From: Octopus sinensis
Lineage: Eukaryota
DNA: 64,000 nt
Direction: 5' to 3'
NCBI RefSeq assembly: GCF_006345805.1
Contig: NC_043019.1
Location: 28,891,360-28,955,359 of the forward strand
Shown here: positions 26,101 through 39,916 of the stretch, in pieces
Layout of the letters: each line of letters opens with the position of its first letter
Position numbering within the stretch: position 1 is the first letter of the stretch
Notes under the pieces: model-generated
What the model was told of the DNA's origin: nothing
What the model saw: the letters and a program-made list of their open reading frames with translations, nothing else
Database searches by the model: none
Made by a program: the position numbers and the translations under genes

Positions 26101-29026
26101 CTTGCCACTTTGTAAGCTTCTTACCATACAGCTTCACCTGCATCAAATTTTCTTCTTATCACACACTACTACTGTCACTCCTTATATGCCAATAGTCTGT
26201 TAATGACTGCTCAAGACCGACCTGCTGGTTGCAGATTATTACAGTGTATTTAAATATGTTGAATGAAGGTAGAGGGGCATAGAAGAGTAATAATGAAAGA
26301 AAAGGAGTGATGGCTAAAAAAAAAAAAAAGTTTCAGAACCACTATATCATCACTCAATCTACTTGAAGTGGCAGCCAAGTCTACCTCAAATCACATCAAA
26401 ATGAAGCAGCTTTAATTTGCTTGCATAACTTGTCAGAATAGCAGCCAAATCTTGCCAAATATAAAGCTTCTTGATCACACAACTACTAAAAATAAGTCAA
26501 ATCTCCCTCAAACCCTATACCCATTGTCTTAACCCTTTAATTGGATAATTAAATATCATGTTTATTTCAATAATGGCGTTAAATATCTGCCAAAAAATAA
26601 AATTGATATTTTCTGCAAGTCAATTATACTTGGCATATCTCAATAAAAAATAATTTTAAACACAACATTCCTCAACAAATGAGAGATTGGTTTATAGAAC
26701 TGTTTTCTGCAGCAGAAGGGTTAAACAGGAAAGACCAGAACACAATGCAAAATACAGTTCTAGATACTCCTAAAATATGAAGATCAAAGATGGAATACCT
26801 TTGGACATAAATCTTCTCTAATGCGTTCAAAGACTGGTTTGGGTTAAAACACTTTGGAGATAATATAAGTTCTATATACAACTAAATCAAAGGTAAAAAA
26901 AAAAAAGCGAAAAGAAGAGAAAATCTAATGATGATTACAGCTGTAGCACATTAGATCATACGTTGTTAGATCAATCTTAGTGCTGACCTGGGGCTAAACA
27001 GCAGCAGCAGCAACAACAAAAACAAAATCGATATTAAACACGCAATCATTGTCCTACCAATCTCTCTTCACGCTGACTAAATAGTATCCATTATTATCGC
27101 CTGATTTGTGCTTCTCATAAAAACATACACCCTCACTCCACTCCCTGTCCCTTGAGACATTTTCTACAGAAATCTCATATTTTCCTTTAATAAGATCATA
27201 AAAATGAGTAACAGAACCGATTACTTTCACTTTCATACGACAAGCTACCTAATTGTATCAAAAAAAAAAGAAAAAGATATTAAGATGCTATCTAATTTGT
27301 ACAAGTTATGATAAAGGTATTTAAGATCTAGATATCAAATAAGTTGCTAATCTAATAACAGAAAATAATGAATAGCTATCGCATTTTCTTTTTTTTAAAA
27401 ATCATATTGAGATAAAATAGTAGAAAAAGCCTTTTTTAAAAATCTAATAAATATAAATTTTCCTGTAATTCAATTTATTGTCATTATATTTTGACAAAGC
27501 TGGAAAAGGTTGTGTGGATAGCCATAGTAAGTTTTCCAAGACTGGTGAAATTGATGTAGTTATCGGTCCTACTGAACAGGTGCAAGTTGACAGCTGCAGA
27601 GAAAGAGATGAGAATTCCAGAGAATTGATATTCTGGAGAATAACAGCAGAGAGCATCAGAGCTAAGTGCAGACCTTCAGGATGGATAAAGTGTGGTTGAC
27701 ATATAGGTGGTAGTAGGGAGCGAAATGATATTAACTGGGAATGTTTGAGAACAGATGGTTGAAAATAACAGGTAAATTTAAATAAAAAGACGTGAAGAAA
27801 TATGAAACTGAAACTGACCATCAGTCAAAATCACACGTTCATAAGCAGGAAACTTGGTGCTGTGATTAACTGCAAGTAGAAATAGTTCAAGTAAATAATT
27901 AAAAAAAGGTTTTCAAAAAGATATCATGTTTGAATATATGTTTTTTTTTTCAGGGATATAAAAGGCAAATATGAAAAATATGAAATGAATATAAAAAAAC
28001 AAAACAAATAGACATATTAGATCCTATTTTATATGAGTTGCATGTATGTATGTATAATAATAATCACCATTTGAGTGTGATCGTTGCCAACGTCACTTCA
28101 CTGGCACGTGTAAAAAGATTCAAGCAAGGTCATTTTGCCAGTACCGCCTGACTGGCGCCCGTGCCAGTGGCACGTAAAAAGCACCTACTACACTCTCGGA
28201 GTGGTTGGCATTAGGAAGGGCATCTAGCTGTAGAAACTCTGCCAGATCAAGATTGGAACCTGGTGCAGCCATCTGGTTTGCCAGCCCTCAGTCAAAATCG
28301 TCCAACCCATGCTAGCATGGAAAGCGGACGTTAAACGATGAATAATAATAATAACAAACACAACAATAATAATTGAGAGGGATTCTTTGGGGTTTTAATA
28401 ATTCACTTCTGGAAACATGGGTGTTTCGTTCAATATCCTTAAACAATCTTTATTCAGGGACCTTTTGAGCAGGATGGGTTACTCGACCAGAAGAAAATTC
28501 TAACTGTGCCCCACCTGCATAGTCATGTGCTGTTTATCTTGATATGAGACCACCATGTTGCGCACATATGGTTGTGATGCATGTGCCTAGTGTGCCCTTA
28601 TCAGACGGGTAGTCATGATGGGTATACTGGGCTTCATATATTTGTACCCCATTGTCACTTTCATGGCATGCACTGCTCTCTCAATAATAATAATAATAAT
28701 AATAAAAAATAAATAAATAAATAAAGGAACTGAAAATTATTCAAGAATGATCCCTGGTTTACCATCCACGCAGGAAGTGCAAAAGATTGTCTTAACTCGT
28801 ATGTCACGTGTACTGAGAAGAACATTGTCAGAATTTTCTTTCCCGTCTCCCCTTTTATTTTCTTTGTCTACTTCTTTTTATTATTTTTTTCTCTGTCTGT
28901 AAATGAACAATCTGGTGTGTTTATTTCAATGACCTACCAATATATATAGTGCGTTTCTCTGCTCTTCGTGTCAGGAAGACACTCAGCAAGAAAAGGAAAC
29001 AAAAGTGAAAGAGGATAATGAAAGTA

Positions 29027-29061
<35 letters not shown>

Positions 29062-32000
29062 AATAATAATGGTAATAACCCATTCTACTATAGGCTCAAT
29101 GCCCAAAGTTTTGTGGCAAGGGGTACTAGTCAATTACATTGACCCCCCAATGCTCAAATGCTACTTATTTTATTGACCCTGAGAGGATGAAAGGCAAAGT
29201 GGCATTGGAACTTAGAATGTAAAGCCAGAGGAAAAGCTGCTAAACATTTTATCCAGCTTGCTAATGGTTCTGCCAGCTCACTGCTTTTTTAATAATACAA
29301 TCTGAAAAAAAACATCTGAAAACCTTAGAGGTACCCTACAATATAGAGGTATTGCAAAAGTTGACATTACTTGGAACTGCACACATATTGTGTAAAGTAC
29401 TGTCTGTCTGAGGTCCTTGTTGTGACGTGACAAACAGTACAAACCCCTGGTAGAAAATAATATCTTCAATCAACAACCTTACAATATTGTATACTGTGCG
29501 ATGTCTATAATAATAATAATAATAATAATCCTTTCTACTATAGGTACAAAGCCTGAAATTTTGGGAGACAGGGGAATAGTCGATTACATTAATACCGGTG
29601 CTTAACTGGTACTTATTTCATCAGCCTTGAAAGGATGAAGGGCAAAGTCGACCTTGGGGGCATTTGAACTCAGAATGTAAAGATGGATGAAATGTTTCCA
29701 GGCATGGCATTTTATCTGGTGTCCTAAAGATTCAGCTGGCTCATCACTTTAATAATAATAATAATAATAATAATATAATAATAATAATAATGATAATAAC
29801 AATTGCTATTGTTGTTTCTATCATACACAAAAGGCCTGAAATTTGGGGGTTGGGGAGTCAAACCCAGTAATTGACTTTATTTTATTGGGCCCAAAATGAT
29901 GAACGGTAAAGCTAAATTGGATGGGATTTCAAATAATAATGTAAAGACCCAGATGAAATACCACAAAGCATTTTTTCTGCCAGTCCAATGATACTGCAAA
30001 TCTACTGCCATGATGATAATTTCTTTTATTTACCATTGGGGATATTACAAAGGCAGGTTACATATAGTGTGTATGTCTGTGTGTGTGACAGCAGAGGACT
30101 GGCTGTGGTTTTTACAAAATCAGATGCAGAAGGGAAAAAACTGAAGGAATCAGATAAAAAGTATACATAAAGGGGTGCTGAAAAGTTCTTGGCTTTAAGG
30201 GTGTTGCGAAAGGCCTGGTTGGAGGCCCAACGTTCTTTTACTGAGCTTAGGCAAAAAATGAAGTACTGCTACAATAAGTGTGTGAATCTAAGAGGGCAAT
30301 ATGCTGAATAAAATCATAGTTAACTGATTTTTCTTTTACCCAAAACCAGGAACTTTTCACTACCCCCGCGTATAGTATAAAAACACATCGATGATCCAGT
30401 TCTCCTGATCACACACAGGTGGATTCTCCAACCAGGCCAATTAAAGAACCTTACAAAGTGAAGATCATCCACAACACCAAAAGCAAGTGACTTCTCTAAA
30501 CTGTTGCTCTCTGACCTAGAAGCACATGCTTGGAGTAATTCCACCTACTCTGACCATTTCCACCACAGTCTTTTGACAAATTTATTGGAAGAAAGTTGCA
30601 TCATTTCCAGCTTCACCTTCTGTTTGAAGTGGAACTTTAAAAAAGTTGGTGAGGGCATGATTGAAAATACTGATGGTTTAAAATTTTGGTATAAGGCCAG
30701 TAATTTTTAGGGGAGGGGGTTAAGTCGATTACATTGATCCCCAATACTTGACTGGCACTTATTTTATTGATCCTAAAAGGTTGACTGACAAAGACAACCT
30801 TGGTGGAATTTGAACTCAGAATGTAAAGAACTGGAAGAAATGCAGCTAGCATTTTGTCTGTCATGCTAACAATTCTGCCAGCTCATGAGCTTGTGGCTGA
30901 TAATAATAATAAAAATAATTGCATATGATTTAAGCACAAAGCCAGCAATTGTGGACCCTAGAACTTAACTGGTACCTTTTATTGACTCTGGAAAAATTAA
31001 AACTAAGGTTGACCCTGGTTGGATTTGAACTCAGAATGCAAAGAATTGGAAGAAATATCACAAGGCATTTTTCCAATGCTCCAGTGACTCGGTTAATCCA
31101 CTGCGATGATGATGATGATGACAATGATGATGATGTTAATAATAACATGCTACAGCTGCCCTTCCCTTCAGGCTAGTTTTGAAATCACAATAGATGGTTC
31201 CATTTGCTTATCAATATAGATCTTTTATGAATGGAGAGTACTGACTACTGAGATATGATAAAGTGGTTGTTAATAATAGTAATTTCAATAATTAGAAAGA
31301 ATATGAAGAGTTTATTATCTGCAGAAAAGATTTGATTTTGGGAAATCAAAAACAAAAATATAAAAAAAATAACAAACAAAATGAAGTAATGTTTTCAGGT
31401 TTGCATATATAATTAATTTTTACATATATAATTAATTCTTGCATATATAATTAATTTTTAGTAAAAGAATGCAGTTTCAGAAGCCTTTGAAAATAATACA
31501 TACAAAATAAGTGTCAAAACAAAAATAAACCTTTACAAAAGAATGAGAGATGCTTCAAGAAAATTACTATACGTTCGTCAGAGTTAATGGTGCCTGTTTA
31601 ATCAAGTTGGCAATTATCCAAGTGAATGTTAAATTATCAGCTTGGTTTTCCATAAAATAGACAATCTTGCTCACATTGGTAATATCATATTGGGTGATAT
31701 ATTGTGTAGGATAAGATTATTATCCCAAACACTTCAATAGCAATTTGATAAAACCATGCAACACATATAGAGAAGAGAAGCTACATGTAACACTCCCACA
31801 TGCATGTACAAACCTCATGCAAATTATACAATGGAAGATATTTGCTTTGAACGCATTATTTACAGCAATTATAAGGGGGGGGGGGAAAGAAACAGTTGAT
31901 TGTTAAGTGTCTTTGCCAGGGACACAAAACTAGTTCATATGGACCCCCTCCTCCCAACCTCTCGTTCTCTTAAAACTTTATAATGCCTAAATTATCAATA

Positions 32001-35000
32001 TGCAGAAAAAACAGAAATTATTTATTGGTGTATTTTTTTTTTGTAGCTAATTTAAAGGCAAGGAGCATGCTTGATGTGAATTATATTTCTTATACACACA
32101 AACATATGCATGATTTATTTGATTTTAAACCACCTAAGTGACTCAAGACCCTTCAGTTGCCTATGAGGCTTCAGAGCTACTAAATAAATAATATAGATAT
32201 ATATATGTATATATTCATTCGGCTTTATGTATTAAATTGTCTTTTGTTTGTAAAATCAATATATATTATATATATATACATACACACACACACACACATT
32301 TATATAAATATATATATATATGTGTACACATGTATACATACAGTATGTGTATGCATATATACACACATATACAAATATACATACATGCACATCACACATA
32401 AAGAATACTTAGTGCTTAACCAAGCTTTGAATTTTGTCATTTTCTTCCTGTGAGACTCTATTATTTGAAGTGTCAAGAATTATTAATAATAAGCATTATA
32501 TGGTTAAGATATATATATTTACAATTACATATGCCAGTTGACATGACATTAATTGCCGAACAGATGCGCTCAGACGAATACCTTTCATAATCACATCAAG
32601 TTGGAATGTGCTTCTCTGTGGCAAATTTCCAATCATAAACCAGTATTCTTGTAGTGACCATCCTGCATCTGTTTTTCCCCGTTTCTTGTACTTCCCTGTT
32701 TTGCATGTTACTAGTGCCAGTGATACACAAAAAAAGCCCCCAATACACACTCTAAAATGGTTGGCATTAGGAAGGGCACCATACCAAAGCAGACAGGGAG
32801 CATAATGCAGTCCTGTGGCTCACAGCATCTGGTCAAACCATCCAACCCATGCCAGCTTGGAAAAAGGGATGTTAAATGATAATGATGATGATGATGATAA
32901 TGATGAGCATTATATAAAGGACTCTTTGAAGGAGATTTGGTAGCTAATCTTAGCAATGAAGACACCTCAACATGGTCAACTTAGCACAGTGGCCATGTAG
33001 AGGGTTCTTTGTTAGTTTACTTAGTACATGTCTAAATTGCTACACTACATCCCACATGATTCATCTCTGTAAGTAATGTATGGCAATCAGCAAGGCAGGG
33101 ACATTGCATACCTGGAATAATATATCAGTCAGTTACATCTAAGTCAATTTGGTCCGTTATTTACATGCCACAGGTCTGCTCTATCAGAGCTGATCTGGAG
33201 GTTACAAAACAGTAGTATAGTAAATTTAAGTATCCAATCATGCCTGGTAAGAATCAATAAAATGTAGCAGACTTTGAGAAAGATAAATATAATCTAAGAA
33301 TTGTATTTTCATTTTTTTAAATTCCCCAAAACAATCAAACAAGTTTACATAAAAGAAAAAAAAATTAGTAATTGAGGAAATATTTCAAACAAAAATGATT
33401 TTATAAGACAACAAAAAGCTTTTAACACTTTAGGATTTAAATCAGCCATATCTGGATCAAACAGTCTACCTGTTTTATGTACAAAATGACCAGATCCGGC
33501 CTTTTACACTTACTCTACAATGTCATTCTAAAAATAAACAATCACATCATCAAAATTTTGAAGCTATAAGATAATGCATGATTAATTAAAAACAATGTGA
33601 TAAATTAAAAACAAAGCATTACATTTGACTGAGTAATTTGAATGCTAAAAGGTTAACCCTTTCGTTACCAACCTGGCTGAAACCGGCTCTGGCTCTGTAG
33701 TATAAAGGTCTTGTTTTCATAAGTTTTGAATTAAAATCTTCTACCAAACTTTAGTCACAATTTATGTTCTTAACACTGGCTGAATGATAACTAAGTTATT
33801 TTACTAAATTCTTTGTTATATCTAAAGTAATTGAAAGAAACACAGAGTATCTCAAAATAAATACAGTAACGAAAAGGGTTAAATGTCTTTTTTCATTCAA
33901 TAGAACTTATTTACTTATATCTAAATATTGCATATTTGAATGAGTCCATATGTGGCAGGGTGACATGAGTAGCAAGATTTTGAGCAAAGGGACTTTTCTT
34001 TCTGAAAAAGAGGGTGGAATGAATATATATGGTGTCTTCTCTCCGAAGAATTTACCTAATGTACTTTTGCTGACCAAAGACTACTGCTAGTTTCCTTGGA
34101 CACCGGCTACCTTTGATTTGCTGTGTCTAAATAGATAGGAGCAGGTGTGTCTGTATATGCAACAAGTTTGCTTTCCAGGGATTTATGTTCAGTCCCATTG
34201 TATGACATTCTCGTCTTTTCAAAAATAAACAGTATGATTTATCTTTTCATGTATTACTTGTTCCAGGTATTGGACTGTGGCCATGCTGGAGTCTTGAAAG
34301 CTTCAGTTGAACAAATTGATCCCAGTACTATTCCTATAGGTCACTTTTACCTAACCACTAAGTAATGGGGATATAAACAAACCAATACTGGTTACCAAGC
34401 AGTAGTAGGGGACAAACACAAAAAAACATACACACACATGTATATATTTCTTTATTGCCCACAAGGGGCTAAACATAGAGGGGACAAACAAGGACAGACA
34501 GAGGGATTAAGTTGGTTACATCAACCCCAGTGCGTAACTGGTACTTTATTTATCGACCCTGAAAGGATGAAAGGCAAAGTCAACCTCAGTGGAATTTGAA
34601 CTCAGAACGTAACAGCAGACGAAATACCACTCAGTATTTCGCCCGGCGTGCTAACAGTTCTGCCAGCTCACCGCCTTTCATACACACACATGTATATATG
34701 ATAGGCTTCTTTCAGTTTTCATTTACCAAATTCACTGACAAGGCTTTGGTTGGTCTGAGGCTATAGTAGGAGACGCTTGCCCAAGGACTGATCCTGGAAC
34801 ATATGGTTGGGAAGCAAACTTCTCACCACCCAGCCACACCTGCATCTATTCAACCAAAGTCTAGTCTCTATTTCTAGTGACTCAAGCAACAGCACAAAAG
34901 CCCCCGATTTAATGTGGGTGCTGTTATTGACTAGAATTAGTTCTGTCCTGCTACAACAGAAGTACAAGGAAAGGTGTTCTGGCCATGACCTCCACATCGC

Positions 35001-35644
35001 TTCAATTTTTGTTTTATGCTTTTCAGACATACTACATCAGCATCTATATCAAATTCGTCCATTTTTTAAGAGACAGTATGGTGTGATTTAATAAAAATTT
35101 AACCACTGTGTCTAGCATGTAAAATAATCAGGTAAAAACATTCTTCACTGCTTTATGATAATTGTCTAATGCTTACACCATAAGGTGTTAATGTCCCAAT
35201 AGCAATGTTCTACACCGTTTCTTGTCATCGTTATTTGGAAAATTCTATAACCTATTTAGACATATACTGAACCAAAAAAAAAAAAAAAAAAAAAAAAAAA
35301 TTCAAAAAATGTAATAAGAAATATTGTAGATAGAAATATTGTGAAGGAAAAATATAAAAAAACACCTTAACTCTGTTCTTTATTAAAATGAGGCAACACG
35401 GGAGTTTCTACGTGAAAACAATCACAATATAACAGCGTGCTATTGATGAAAATAACTACAAATATTGCAAATAACAGAGAACAAGTGTTATGAGAAAATC
35501 TAACTTCAACAATGGAATATATAAACATTTGTTCTATTAGATCTTTTGTTTCTCACCTATGTTTCAGTGATATAGCATTGGAAACAACTGTAGAATATGA
35601 ACTGAATACACACACATACACACAAGTGCATAGATGTGTGTCTA

Positions 35645-35695
<51 letters not shown>

Positions 35696-35902
35696 GCCTA
35701 TATATTAATATAGCGATACATTAGTACATATGTATATATATAGGTAAATATTAATAAATATATATTGAGAGGGGTGGAGAGGGATATATTAGTGTGTGTG
35801 TGTGTGTGTATATATGTATATATATATATATAATATATATATATTATATATATATATATATGTATATATATATTATATATGTATATATATATATATAATA
35901 TG

Positions 35903-35933
<31 letters not shown>

Positions 35934-35980
35934 ATATATATGTATATATATATATATAATGTATATATATATATATATAT

Positions 35981-36022
<42 letters not shown>

Positions 36023-36099
36023 ATATAATATGTATGTATATATATGTATATATAATATGTATATATATATATGTATATATATATATGTATATATATATG

Positions 36100-36131
<32 letters not shown>

Positions 36132-36453
36132 TATATAATATATGTATATATATATATGTATATATATGTATTAATGTATATGCATATATATATATGCATA
36201 TATATATATATGTATATATATGTATTAATGTATATGCATATATATATATGTATATATATGTATATATATATATGTATTAATGTATATGTATATATATATA
36301 TGTATATATATATATGTATATATATATATATGTATATATAATGTATATATATATGTATATATATATGTATATATATATATATATGTATATATATATGTAT
36401 ATATGTATATATATATATATAATATATATGTATATATATATATATATATTATG

Positions 36454-36520
<67 letters not shown>

Positions 36521-38862
36521 TGTATATATATGTATATATGGGTGTATATTATGTGTGTGTGCTTATATATATATATATATATAATTTTAATCCAAAAGGG
36601 AAACAAAAAAACAACAACAACAGGAACAATTACAGTATTATTATTAATAGGCGCTCAGGAGATGGAAGCAGGGAGGTATGACGTTTCGAGACATATATAT
36701 ATATATATATAATTAAAAAGTTTTCTGGCTACAGACTTTCTTAGAATCCAGATAACTCAAAGAGCATGAAATAAAATACAAACTGAAAAGATTGTTGTTA
36801 AATACCACTGTGCACAAAGAAATTAATTTCAACGTATGAACTAAAATGAAGTCATGAGGAATACTGTGAAATCGTATAAGCAAATCTCTTTGCGTACAAA
36901 GAATAACTAACCATCTTAAAGTATGGAAAAAAAAAAAAAAAAGAAAATCGTCTGACAGACTGAACACGAACAGCACAGAACTGGGAATGTCAAGAGAGAC
37001 ATTTATCAATAAAAAGAACCGTATAAAACTAGCTTTTGTAAAACAGATAAAAAAAACAACAATAAAAGAATTACAAATGTTGTAAAAGAAATCAGAAGCT
37101 TTCTAAGTACAACAAAGTGAAGAAACCAGTATGTAACTTTATATTTAAAAAATTTTTCTTGTGCTGATTTCAGTCATTGGATTGCAGCCATGTTGGGAGT
37201 TCCACCTTCATTGGCTTTTACGGATAATATCAACTCACATCCCAGTACTTTGTCTGGTGTTTATTTTACCAAGTAAGGAAAAGTTAGCTGCCAAAAAGAC
37301 ACATTACCATAATGGACTGAAATATAACAAGGTACTTTCATTGATTGTATGTATGTAGGAGCACAAATATATATATATATGTGTGTGTTGAGGCACAATG
37401 GCCCAGTGGTTAGGGCAGTGGACTCGTGGTTGGAGGATCATGGTTTCAATTCCCAGACCGGGCATTATGTGTGTTTATTGAGCAGAAACACCTAAAGCTC
37501 CACGAGGCTCCAGCAGGGGGTGGTGAAGAACCGTGTTTTAGTCTTTCGTGCCAACTTTCTCTCACTCTTTCTTCCTGTTTCTTGAGAAATGCACAGGACC
37601 TTATGTAATCACCCTTCACCATAACCTTGGATCGATCAATACTTTGTGAATAGAGTCCGATAGAGGGAGAACTGTTGAACTTATTATATACTAGCAGTAT
37701 CGCCCGGCGTTGCTCGGGTTGTAAGGGAAATAACTATATAAGCATTTTTAGAGAGTTATAGCCAAAAACTAGCAAAAAAATGCATTAAAAATTGAAAAAA
37801 AATTAAGGTAAATTTTTTTTAAAAATCGTTGACACATCGTAGATATTTTTAGAGAGTTACTTCCCTTATATAAAAGCGAAAAAAATGCATTAAAATGGAA
37901 AAATATGATGGTAAATTTTTTTTAAATCGTAGACTCATCGTAGATGCGCGCTAATACCCAGAAGGGCTCGATATGAATCACGACTATAAGATACCCGCTT
38001 TTGGTTAAACTGCACCGCAAAATGTGGGAGTAGTTACGAATCTAAATCGAAGGGGACAGACACACAACTTCACTCTTATATAAAGATGCTTTTTTTTTCA
38101 GTCATAGAGTTAGATTTATGAAGGTCTTCAGTAGAAAATCCTTCGAATTCTGACTCGCTGCTTGATATAATGAAATTCGTATCCATTTTTTGTCAGAATT
38201 ACAAATTTTGAAAACACAATAGGAACAAATTTCGGAAAAAAAATCTCCCATAATTCATGGAATTAAAATTACACTTCGATTTTTGTACAAAACTGTATTT
38301 GAAGTGTTTACGAAGTATAATACGTGTTTTCACGAATGTACTAAAGAGATTTACTCTGATATTCTCATTTAAATATGAATAGGTAAATTCGGGCGGTTTG
38401 GTAACGAAAGGGTTTATATAAGTGTCGTCTGTTTATACATAAACACTGTTTCATACTTTCAGTTTAGTCTTCCTCAAATCACTCTGTCGCTAATTTACTC
38501 TCTTCCAAGAACATTTTCACTCACTCTTATCTGTTAGCTTCCCATACATTTTACTCATGTATCTATCAGCGTGATAGACAGAAACAAATATTACATCTAG
38601 TTTCACTTTATTCGTTGCACACTGTGTGTGTGCGTTTGCGTGTGCTGTAAACCAGACTAAGAAAAGCATTTGACATACACACCAGAATGTGAGTTTTCTG
38701 TAAATTTTGCTTAATTGGAGTTTAAATTTTAAAAACTGGACCTGGCATGATCCGATGCATTCTACTCTTAAAAATGCTAGGTAAATTGTAATTGAAGAAA
38801 TCCTATATTGTAGATTTCTATAACTTACAAAGAGAGGCAGATAAAATTTGCCTTTTATAATA

Positions 38863-38902
<40 letters not shown>

Positions 38903-39861
38903 AGATAGGGGTTGAAAATTCAACCCACCATGGGATAACATATATCCAATATACTGCTAGAGAGGTACCCAACAAGACTAATACATAAATGTTAAAAATT
39001 GCCATGCAATTAATTCATCTACTGTATTATGTGGGCAAGGGTAAAAATATTACCGTAAATTAATAATACAAAATTAGAAAATGGAGAAACATACTTAAAT
39101 CAATCAAACATCAACCATCAGATAATACCCAATCAATACTTTATTACACCATTACATAACAGCAAAGACATTATACAAAATATATTGTAAATATAATTAG
39201 ACAAGGAAATAGAAATATATTTTATTGGCTCTGTTAGAGATACCTTCGTTTTTGAAGTCCTTATCTGAAGACAATTATATTGTATACACACACACACACA
39301 CATTGAGCTTATGTGGCAGGCTTTGCATGGTTGCTCAACAGGTATCTTGGCTTCCCAAAGTAGTGATATATCAAGGATCTATGACATCCTAGGTTGATAT
39401 TAAAAGAAATAAGACAGGACTCACTGCAAACATTTTCAAAAGCTGTTATCATCAACTACATTCATTCAGGTCAAGGAAAAATCCATATACCCTATCCATT
39501 TTGTTTGGAAACTCAAGGACCAAAGACTGGAATGTCATCCAATAACATGAAGCATTGTTGATAAAGCCTCTCAATACTTCAATGAGTTCAAGAATGGCAA
39601 CATTAAATTGGTCAATGATATCACTTAACTAGAGGTCAGAAAGTTTTATCTTATTATTGTCATAAAAAGAAATTCCTCTTACTCTACTTCCACATAGGCG
39701 CAGGAGTGGCTGTGTGGTAAGTAGCTTGCTAACCAGCCACATGGTTCCGGGTTCAGTCCCACTGCGTGGCATCTTGGGCAAGTGTCTTCTGCTATAGCCT
39801 CGGGCCGACCAAAGCCTTGTGAGTGGATTTGGTAGACAGAAACTGAAAGAAGCCTGTCGTA

Positions 39862-39916
<55 letters not shown>

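Noticed and set aside
27444-27821. Overlapping ORFs of 125 and 73 aa
   Set aside because: No recognisable domain, and no splice-compatible fit to the ZO-1 model.
36650-36680. Plus-strand 25-nt exon-like segment (ag|GCGCTC...GGAG|gtatga)
   Set aside because: Better explained as part of the repeat family seen at 54920-55029.
38511-38535. Possible 6-nt phase-1 microexon (aacag|ATAAGA|gtgagt)
   Set aside because: No polypyrimidine tract; such short matches are expected by chance in 25 kb. A similar 6-nt match near 41235 was also rejected.
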